Assembly (NCBI GenBank): GCA_051362555.1
Contig: CM120643.1
Span: forward strand, 15,660,644 to 15,724,643
Reading direction: 5' to 3'
Length of the DNA stretch: 64,000 bases
From: Lingula anatina
Taxonomy: Eukaryota > Animalia > Brachiopoda
Every line of letters starts with the position of its first letter. Within the stretch, counting starts at the first letter, position 1. A program made the position numbers and the translations under genes. Positions 11,839 to 22,529 of the stretch are shown here, piece by piece. Under the pieces are notes generated by a model that was not told where the DNA came from, ran no database searches, and worked only from the letters and a program-made list of their open reading frames with translations.

Positions 11839-14800
11839 ATACGGGACCCAAAAGCATATTTTTCAAATTGTGCTATGTTCGGCTTAACTTTTTTTTTCAA
11901 AAGAATAGCACATATCAAGATAGGAAAGCGGCTGTTTACAGGGGCGTTGTGCATTGCAACCCCGAGAGAGGGCGGACTGCAGGTGACAGACAAGTGGGAT
12001 TTTACTTCCCTTCCTCGTACACTTCTTGCTTTTTGCTGGTTGTCCAAGCATCCTTCCTTGTTTCCTTTAAGACCCCACGTCGCACATTACCCTGGCAACG
12101 AGCAGAGAGGTACAGAGAGAGAAAGAGTTTAATTTTCCTTCTTATTTATAATAATTTTCCTACTTCTTTGATGATAATGATAGATGCACCCCTTTTTGCA
12201 TGCGGAAAAATAGTCCATTTAATATGGGTATTTGTATTGTTATTGATTTATAATAATACCAAAAGCGTAGTTTAAACACCACCGTATGTCGGTTGATGCA
12301 ATCTATGCATCTTGTTAATACGTAATGGTATTTATTGAGTATTCGGAAACTGAAGCAGTTCCCCGGCGTCAAGTAAATACTGCCAAAAACGTGAACAAGC
12401 CGCCTCTTCTTTCTATAGAAATATCAATAAAAACTACTCGTTTACTTTATACCATTTTAATGACTTCACGTATGTAAATGATAATTGATTGTAATACTCG
12501 GGTTCTATTCATAAGTGGCATCAAACAATTTACAAATATAAGATTTAACAAAAGTTGATGATAATTATAATAATTATATATCTCGGTAAAAGTTCGTGAT
12601 CGACACTAGTTATACGCAGAGAGCTTGTGCATTTACAAAGACATGTAATAATAACTATGTTTTATATCAATCATCGCCGAGCGTACCGCCATATCATATG
12701 TTTGCTGAGCACTTAATAAACGGCGATGATTTTAATATAGATATCCCATTAAAATGTTAAGCTTGTCATGTGAAAAAAATGACCCACAAACTAGAACCAG
12801 AACATTTCACTAAGCACTGAGTTGGTGAACAAAGAATAATCAATGTAGAAAACTCGTGAACGCAGATTGCACACTTATCTGTACAAAGATAGCAAGAAAT
12901 AAGGACATTTTTCACCAGCCCCTCCTGTCAGAAATAAGCAACATTTGTATAATAAATATACTAACAAAAATAAAAGTATACTTGCGACTGGAAAAATACT
13001 AGATGTCAACTACGATCTAGCGATTTTTTTTTTGCACAAATCGGTGTGATCCCAAACATGGTTTTCAGTTTTGTACGGCGGTCAATCTGAGACCACCTTT
13101 GCACAGTTAAAATACAGCGGGGGTATGTCATGAGCCAGGATTTAATAAAGTTGAAGAACGTTTTTCTTAAACTGCTATGCACATACTTTCTTTCGATAAA
13201 ATTGCCAATTACTGCTATTATATACTACACTACTTCAACAAGTAGGCCTAGCTCTGTTGGGATGACCTGTCCCATCTTAAAAGATAACTGTAAAAACGAA
13301 AATAAATTTTCCAAACAGAACATTATGTCTTGAGAAATAAAGAGAATACAGGATATATAAAGCTGCAATTGTCAGGAAAATGCTGCTCCTCCAGTCATGC
13401 GCATTAATAGTGTTACAAGCACTGTGTTTGAACTCAGTTACAACACAGCACAAAACAGTTCTATTTCCGATGCGCTGAAACGAAAAGCACGCGCGGTACT
13501 GAACTATTGCAAAATTAAACTTTCATCCATCGAATATTATCCTTATGAAGGCTAAAATGCCATTAGTAACTTTCATTTAACAGAAAAAAAATGAGAGAAA
13601 AAAAAACAGAATTATAACACTACGTTTGCTCTCTTCCGTCAGAAATTTTATACTTCTATATGTATATGATTATTTGTATATGTTATAGAGATGGCCCCTG
13701 CCACTCAAGGGCAGTACCTGAGATGGAGAAAAGTACGAACACACAATTTATCTAAAACTTCACAACCTTTCTCTAACAGTTCTACACAACGCTACGACTA
13801 ATAGGTTTTCAAATTCTTTGTGCGAACGCGATAACTTTATAATAAATGCGTACCCAAGTTTCCATAGCGGAATATACTAATATATTATGCTGCAGACAAT
13901 AATTATTGACAAGAGAATTTTCCTCATGTGTTTTTACAATTAAAAGCCCACCATGTGAATGTCTTTGAGTTTTCTGTAAAGTAGTAAAAATAAATTTCAC
14001 TTTTTTTTCACACAATTTGGCATTCTGGAGAAAGAAAATGTTATAAAGCAGAGCATACTGCTCTAGAACATGCAAACCTTAATGAATATTGTTTGCACGA
14101 AGACTTTCCGAATAAGCGCAGGAGCGATCTCCCCCTGGTATACGCTTCGTCAGCCCGTACACCCCTTTGACAACCGGAATACCTTCCCCTTGACCCACTT
14201 CAAGGTGGAAGTAGTAAAATAAATGCAGCTTTTCGATAAATAAAGTTTTGAAATAGGCTGCAAAAATTGTATTGGCAATATTATCCGACAATGAAATGCT
14301 GTGAACTCCAGCGCCAACAACGGCCTGTGTTTGTAGACTGGCAGTCCGGTTATATTCACAGAATGCTCCGTTTCCAGTTTATCCAATTCCTGGATCTCTT
14401 CCCTAGTATGAAGAGGGTGACCCCCTCATGTGATATGAATGCTGTCTTTGTGTCACAAGTGACCTTTTTCACTCTTTGGAAAACTGTCAATAAATGCCAT
14501 CGCCATTTATTTTCCAGTGCACACGTCACAAATGTTTATTTTTTTCTTTTTAAGTTTTTATTGTCTCCCAGGTGAAAGGAGTGGTCATACCCACGGTCCA
14601 TACCGGCGTCCTCTTCACGTTTTGTGTCTTGTTGTGCTTGTGTCGTCATAGATACCCCAACCCTCTTTGATGAGAGGATAAAACTCGTTTTTGCGCAGAT
14701 TTCGTTGGCGAATATTTTGGCACCTCTCGGGTTAATTTTGATTTTACAACTACGACTCTGAAATATAAAATAATTGTTTATTACTGTTTATCCGCATAAT

Positions 14801-15538
14801 ATATAATTCAGTATCATTGTATAGTATGAAGTGCTTAATTATTCTAAAGTATACGATATTACATAGACCTTTCAACGTGAGATAACTCATGGTAAAATCT
14901 ATTTGCATATTTTTTCAATACATCACAAATAATGATACTCAGACATAATTACATAATTATGATACCTTGTAGCATCTTTACAGCGCCTATTGATCAGTTT
15001 ATATAAATTAGGAACGTGCATCTATTACTATGACGGAAATATATATTTCACATACAATAATAATGAGACGTGCCCAAAAGCGTTTTCAATATTTTTTTGG
15101 CTTTAAATCATCGGCCTAACTGTTTTCCTTTTTCATGTATTCTTCCTGCTTGTGTTTAATACGTCGCCCGTATATATAATATGAATTTATGAAAAAAAAA
15201 TAAAATAAAAAAAAACATTCCCTGTGCAAAACCATTGAGAATAAATAAAATACAGATCTGTTAAAAGTGACAAAGATCTAACTGTTACTGGTAACACCAT
15301 AAAACGACCAGTGTTTAAGCTGGAGTATTTGAAAATTATAAACCTTTCAAAACTGACATAAATTTAACTTGTCACGGCTACCAACATGAACACGTCCCGT
15401 GCTCGCCGGATATGTAGACAAAGTTTCGACTTGTCGGTATGAAGTTTCACGGTACCCTTTAATTTTCTCTCTGACCTGCCCCGCCTTGTGTCACTCCCGA
15501 CAACCTCTTACCTTCGCCAAACGATGTATTCCCGCTAC

Positions 15539-15597
15539 GTCGCCATGGCAACGACAACGCTTCCCTGTCGTCTGCTTTGAGCTGTCGCCATGGTAAC
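15539..15597. promoter_or_regulatory. Pair of RFX X-box motifs
   Basis: GTCGCCATGGCAAC (15539-15552) and GTCGCCATGGTAAC (15584-15597) both match the X-box consensus GTYNCC-AT-RGNAAC. Confidence 0.55.
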
Positions 15598-17451
15598 GCT
15601 GTTCGTCTGACCCTCGGCGCCAGTTTCCCATCAGCAGAGAGGGTTGGGGGTCAACTCGTATTAATCATAGTTAATAAGCTGTAATTTAGGATGGAAAAAC
15701 GTGAGTGGGGTTAAAGAAGAGAACATGGAAGATAACACGAAAGGGCAAACCTTTGTCCCATTTAATAAATGACTGACACACGGAAAAGGAGGTTCGACCC
15801 GAAACAGTGAGCAAGCTTTACTGTTGAACATTTAGAGTGAATTTTTTTTCTTTCTTTTTTTTTTTCAAGTATCTATGTGGATGTTGCGCTTCAGTTAAAG
15901 ATCTTGGGGTGGATAAATATTCCCAATGAGCTTCTAAACCACAGACGTGCTTTTGGAATACGATTTCAAATCCAGAGATTAACTGCAAACAGATTAACAA
16001 CAAACTTTATTCTATCTTATTATAAAGTTTCACATGGCATAAAAATATAATTATGAAATGACTTACTTTATAAACTCTAATACTGCATTGAATTCTCACA
16101 ACCTCGGCGCTGACTCATGGGATGACTTAACAACTTCGCCTAAAATGAGAAATGGGCGACTTTCATTTTTTTAAAATTTTATGATTTAATCTGACTTCAA
16201 CATTTTCTTCACTTTTGCTTCATGGTTATTTCATTCATACAACCTTGGTCGGTTTTGCAATTTTCCCATTCTCACGACATTATTTTATTCAAATTTATTT
16301 TTAAAAATCCTCCCTTCAATTTAGTCGTGATTTCTGACCGCGAATAAGACAATAGCAAAACTGGACCATCAGTAAATTTTTCAGCTCTATTTTCAATCTT
16401 TTGAATTAGAGTCCTTAAAGATGCATACAAAGTCAATTTTTTGTCACAAAAACCAACCAAATGCCAGCATATAGTTTCAAGTAGTATAACTAAGAGAATT
16501 ACCAAAAGGCATTGTTTAATTTCACCCGAAAATGATGTTTGAACAGATTTTTCTGCTGGCATTCTAAGCTGTATGTCAATGGGGCAGGAAAGTAGGTCAC
16601 GGAAGTAGGTTAAATTTACAACCATAAATTTAAAGAAAGGAGCAGTCTAAAGGTCTTTTATGGCTGATCGGGTGATCTATTCAGTTTTTCCCTTGGCATG
16701 TCGAATTTATTTGAGTCATATAAGAATCTAGTAGAAGTGGTTTACATGTGTTACTGGGAATCCACACTCCACCGATGCTCGGTTTGTATGTACCTTTAAA
16801 GGACAATGTTCATGTAAATATCCATTTCTCGAATTTTGAAGATACAGCACTCAATCTATACACTAGAGGTATGTTTTAATCGATCCCCGCCATTTAAAAA
16901 TTATAAAAACAATCTGTTAGTAGAAAAAAAAGCGTTTTAGTAAACCTCACCTCAATATGCAAAAATGAAGCAACAGATCTGGGTCACGTGGTACTGTGAC
17001 GACAATCACGATAAAGGTCTATGAGACTCAACTGAGCTGCATAAAGACGGAGAAGTTAAGGAAAGTTGTGTTGAACGGAGTTGAGGAATTTTCGTTATGC
17101 CTCGGTGTTTTGCCGTGGGATTCACCAAAATTGCAGCTCTCGTTGACAATCTTTCTTTGTCTGTGACGGTCTTCCGTGACTTACTTACTAACTTCGGTGA
17201 CAATAGTTGCGATGCTCTAGATCATGGTCACCTCAGGTGGTTTAGATCATATCAAGAGCTGGTAGTCTTTCAGATTAACTGTCATCAGTTGGCAAACTTA
17301 CTGATTGCTGATGCATTTTAAATGCATTGTAGTTGACCAAAAGCTCGTTTACAACAAACCTGTTAATTATGCACCGCTGCAATTCCCAAGCCAGGTAATA
17401 ACAGGTATGAAACTCGTCTTGGTGGGCTTTCATATTTTTCAATATATCTCA

Positions 17452-17475
17452 TTTATTTCATGGGGTTATTTTATT
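17452..17475 (-). terminator. Candidate Irx polyadenylation signals (two AATAAA)
   Basis: TTTATT on the plus strand at 17452-17457 and 17470-17475, downstream of the last coding exon. Common hexamer in AT-rich DNA. Confidence 0.3.
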
Positions 17476-18549
17476 GGTATTTGTAAATGACGTTAAATAT
17501 CAATACTTAAACAATTAAGTTCAAACACGGTCGCAAACATTAATAAAAGAAATTGCTCTCAGGGTATCTTGAAGCTTCCGTGGAAGAAAACGTGTTGAGG
17601 AAAAACAGGAAAAAGAGCGTTATATTAAAGAAAAAATGGGAACTGCTATAATAAAATGGTTCGTTATCCTAATTCGTTTATGCTTTGAGGATTTGTTTCT
17701 GAAGATAATTTCATCTGAAATATTAAATAATTTAAAAGATTGATCATTTTATAACTTGAAACGCAAATTCTGCGTCAGTACGCAATTTTTTTTTGCAAAT
17801 TTGTAAGCTTATAACACCGTGCTATAAAGATCTACTCAAGAAAAAAATTTGCTTGGGTAAAATTGAGTACGGAATGAACTGGAGACACTTGGCTTGTCAT
17901 TAAGTTTACACGAAAATATGTCAGGTAACTTTATACTGTCTTTGAAAGAGTAAAGATTGAAAGATAATTTTAGACAAACTTTGACGGGGGAAATACCTGC
18001 AAAGAGTAATGGGCTATTTCGCCAACATCTTGTTGAAAATTTTACACTGCAATTCTATTCAAATAAGCTAAGGAACTAATTGCCAAATTAATACTCTCAT
18101 CACATAACAGGGGGGTAACCAGACCTGCAAAAATTGTACGCACATATTTAAAAAGATTACAAGCACATACAGCAAAATGTAGACTTACGCAAAACATGAA
18201 GGACAGCGTAATCACAGCAAATGTACCTCATATAGTAGCTTAATTTCCATTAATAATAAAATCATCATTTAAGTCAAAAATATTCTTGCGATTTAATAAC
18301 TATTTTAATTTACCCAGAACGGTATATTTATTTTAAAGGCGGTTAACTGAAATATAGTTTTATGATTTGTTTGTGAAAATTGCCCATGTCACCCTGTTAG
18401 TTTGGAGGTCTAAGCTGGATCAAGTCCGTGTTAAAATTCCTATGAAGTTGTGCAGGAAAAATTCTTCCTTTCTTTCTCTAGCTCCTCGATAAACCTGGTG
18501 TTCTGATTTTATCTAGTACCCCCAGGTCTACGGGAGCTGCGCTTTGTAA

Positions 18550-18572
18550 CTAACGCACAGGTAGATTTTTAC
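18550..18572 (-). CDS. Irx: Possible short terminal Irx coding exon (G-KNLPVR-stop)
   Basis: Acceptor TTACTCCAGTTATCTCAG| is compatible with the phase-1 donor at 19676; TAG ends at 18550. Followed by AT-rich sequence with AATAAA signals. Splice-signal inference only. Confidence 0.35.
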
Positions 18573-19607
18573 CTGAGATAACTGGAGTAAAGCTTAGATA
18601 GAGAGTGCGTTCGGTACAAGCAAGACAAATTGAATGCCATTTAACCCTCTAATTAAGAGGTAAAGGAAGTTCCAGTTAGATGGATGATTAAGATAGGACT
18701 TGTAAAGGTAACGGGCATTGTTTACCTCAGTTTAATAAAAGTATGCAAGACGGAGTGTCAGCGGTTTAATAAAATAAATTGAATTTCACAAATAACATGG
18801 ACCTCATATGCAATAATCAACATTTCCCTTAACTCATTCAAATGCAGTGTTTTATACAACTTGGGATAACCATAATGAAATGCTTGTTAAAGAAATGACT
18901 AGACGGGAAATGGTTTTACACAGCTTCACGAGGATTTAGACCCCTCGGGTAAGAGATTTGAATGAGTATAAACTTTTATCAGAAGCCAGAAAAGTCATCT
19001 TACAGGTAGACAATGCAGCTCAGTTTGACAGCTAAGCACGCTCTGTTCTCCAGTGGCTCGATTGTCGTCATTGGACCACGTGACCACGTAGCTCATTAAC
19101 TCCCAGGCCGAGCAAATAGGACGTTTTTTAAAGCCAAAAATTTACAAAATGAGCTTTTAATTTGTGTATTTGGATAAAGATATCGTTAGTTGGGCATGTT
19201 TTCTGAAGAATATGTTCCGTTCAGGCCATTCTTACGGCATGAAGCAAACCCTTTAAGCATGCTAGTCTAATTAATGCGCATTAACCAGCAAGTTGAAAGT
19301 ATAATTAAACACATTTCAATATATTATTCATGTACATTATCCTTTTTTCGTTACTGATTAATCTATCGCCAATATCATAGTGCCACATTATCTTTGTTAC
19401 TTTTAATTCGATCATTTTACATCACCAGACATGGACTATCGACTGCATAGAAAATACTCTGCCTTGTTCTTAGTATGTACTATTATGATCAATCGATAAA
19501 CCTTGTCCCAAAAGAATTTGTTTACGTAAGGCACCATGGCCCAGCGTCTGAGTGTTATAAGCAGATGAAGTCAGCATGTAAATGTGACGTCAGTGAGTGA
19601 AAGTCCA

Positions 19608-20563
19608 TCATTCACGGACTGAAAATTGGCCATGAAAAAAGTGCCCCTGTAAGTCGTGATAGATGTTCATCCTACCTGATGAGAATCCATTTGTTAGTCT
19701 TGATTCATTTGCGCGTGGTGACGTGGATGGTGATCCCGGTCGCACACCACTTCCACCAGAACCACTCCCAGAATTCCCGCTTTTGAGCAAACTGGAGGTC
19801 GTTAAATTGAGCCCATCTTGTGGCTTCATTGCACCAGTGATCGTGTGAGAAGGAGGCGCCCCTGCCCCGGCTCCCCCTAGCTGCAGAGGTCCAATTCTCG
19901 GCCGAATTTGGCCGAACGGAGCTTGAATACTGCTTGCGGCGGTTACTATGGAATGTCCTGCGGCCAAATTCCGGGCCGGGTTCGTATTTGAATGCGTCAT
20001 GCTTGCAATAGTCTGATGATATGGCGAGTACATGTAGGGGTAAGGAAACCCTGGGTATGCTAAGGTCGTCCCCCCAGCGGTATACGGTCCCACCCAGTGA
20101 TTTTTGGTCACAGTGGGTACTGATAGACTTTGGCGCGGGGGCGGATTCGTCGGAGATATTTGTGGGTCTTTTCCTGAACTGCCACTACTTGGAGACGAAC
20201 TCCTTGGTGGTTGCTTATTGTCCGTGTTTGACCCGCTAGTGATAGAGTCCGCTATGGACCAGATTTTCGGTTTACGTGGAGTGACCTGTGCTTCGGGGGT
20301 GACCCCACCGCTGCTCACCGCGCTAGAGGGCGAGCTGCACCCGTCACTGAGAGGGCTTTGTGCTGGCGACAGGTTTTCCCCATTTCTGATGCCAGGATCC
20401 GTGTTTTCTTTGTACTCGTTTGACTTGTTCCGTAAAACTGACGCTTGGTTGTCGCCGCAGCCGGGAGAGGGGGAGCCGACCCTTAGGGGTGGACTGCCGT
20501 CCCTAGCCGTGGAGTCCGTGTGGTCAGAGAGCATCTCTACGTCCACTTGGATATCATCGTCAT
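19608..20563 (-). CDS. Irx: Irx coding exon 5: acidic, Ser/Pro-rich region with the IRO box (RKPKIWSIADSIT, 20238-20276); 3' end is either TGA at 19608 or a donor after 19676
   Basis: ORF 19608..20546 extended to acceptor ATATTTCCAG|AT (phase 1, matches exon 4). KPKIWS(I/L)A is the IRO box. An internal TCAG|GTAGGA lies at 19676. Confidence 0.93.
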
Positions 20564-20686
20564 CTGGAAATATTGGAATAGAAAAAAAGACTGATATGAT
20601 TGACAGATGAATGAGTCAATGAATGACCGAATAAATAAAATAAATGAATAAATAAATTATATATACAATACAATAGGCAAGCAATG

Positions 20687-20746
20687 AAAGAAAGAAAGCA
20701 AGAGATAACGAAAGAAAGAAAGAAAGAAAAAAGAAAGAAAGAAAGA
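20687..20746. repeat. Imperfect (GAAA)n tract
   Basis: Direct read; pyrimidine-rich on the Irx pre-mRNA just upstream of exon 5. Confidence 0.85.
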
Positions 20747-22441
20747 GACCAACGAGTGAATAAATAAATTGATGCATGACCAAACAACAGAATTAAGAAA
20801 AAACAATGAATATGTGAAATGAATAAAAAAAACTCCATCAGAACAAGAAGATTGAGCAAAAGTAGAATTATTTCAGTGTAAATTTCAAAACTTGCTACAA
20901 TTTCAAGTTTCATTGACGAGGCACTGGTATATTAAAGCGCCCCCATAAATGATCAATTTCAGTGAAATGTACGTGAATCCCATTATCTTAAAACACTACA
21001 CAACAACAAGTACAATTTCAGACATCATTATACTGGACATTTGTTAACATATAAATCTATCATTTTTAACATGATTCCTACATATACTAGATTTTATCTC
21101 CTTTAATGACAGTGTCTATGGATACAAAAACAGGTATCTTGGAATAGTAACATAAAAATATTCTACTTAATAATTCTATTTGACGAACGTATATTAAAAT
21201 CTCAAAAATGTGCTCAAACATTTATGTTGATGTCCATGTGAAAGCGGAGGTGAAAGAAAGTTTATGAAAATGTCTCTAAACAAGACGGTAACATATTGTC
21301 CTGCAATTGCTTTGACATAAAAAGATTTAAAAATTGATTTTTGACCACTTTAATTTTTTTCTTTTATAAAATACAGATAATTAAAACTTGAAGCTTTTTA
21401 TACATATATTTTAGGTTTACTCCTAGTTTTTATAAAGTTTATTGATTTACACATTTAATAATATCCCAAAAATATTCTGATGAAAATTGATCTGCGTGGT
21501 ACAACCTGTTTTACATGTGGGACAGTGTTATAGTGAACGGTTCTCAGTAAACTGGTCACTATACACTGCCACGTAACTTCAGTGTGAGTGAAGAAGTCCC
21601 AAGTGTTGGAACGAAAGCTCTCAGGTACGCTCTTTTAGCTTATTGTGTAGAAATTGAACAGTTTTAAAGTTTATCATCATGAATCCCCAAAAAAACATCT
21701 TACAAATGACTCATTTTCAGTACTGGCTTGGCTAGCATTTCATTTCATCAGTCTTTTCCCAACCGCCAAATATCGTTAGAAATAATGTCACCACATGACA
21801 AAATGTCATCGCTGGAATAATGTCGTCGTCGCGAGATGATGTGACACCAAGGCAGCGGTGTCACGCACTATGACAATGCTTGCGTCAAGCGGCCATGTCA
21901 ACGTGTGACAGTGAAAAGCAGTAAAGCGTCCTGTATTGATATTAAGAGTTAATCGTGCTTCTAACACGACTCTTCCAGCCGCTTGCTATCACCATTTTCA
22001 CCCCGCTTCGCTGCGCCGATATTCATAATATCACCTCTGTTAGCTGGGGTTATCGGATTTTTTCAGTCCGTATGAATCTCGCAATAGAGCGATAATCCAT
22101 GGGGTTGCATAGTTCAATCAGGTCTCTTTTGTGGCAAAATCTTTTCTTTCATAACACGTCGGGTGTGAAATGGCAGAAAGTATAAAGAGATATGCAACCT
22201 ATGGGTTTGGAACTTTGCATAAGAAAGAGCGGAAAGAAGTTGATATGCGTCTGATTAATTAGACTCGACTCCCAGTGAAAGAAAATCGTATTATTTTTTG
22301 CCTTCTATTTCTTTAGGGATATTCTTGAGGAGGAAAATCTAGATAAAACCTGACACAATGCATTGTTTGTGTATTCATTAGCAATTTTGTAACATTGTTA
22401 GCTGTTCGATATTCACTCTCAGAATATCTCTGTAATTTGGT

Positions 22442-22495
22442 TACTACTACTACAACAACAAATACTACTACTACGGCTACTAGAGCTGCTACTAT

Positions 22496-22528
<33 letters not shown>

Positions 22529-22529
22529 A
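22442..22529. repeat. Imperfect (TAC)n microsatellite
   Basis: Direct read. Confidence 0.9.

Noticed and set aside
11766-12275. ORFs with CVCVCV or HTHTHT runs
   Set aside because: Microsatellite translation artefacts; likewise the ORFs at 31188-31534, 62498-62829 and 63507.
15788-15802. Pol III B-box-like GGTTCGACCC (tRNA or SINE)
   Set aside because: No A-box at proper spacing and no cloverleaf.
20021-20610. Plus-strand ORFs overlapping exon 5 (also 27381-27634 and 54562-54756)
   Set aside because: Antisense shadows of GC-rich Irx coding exons.
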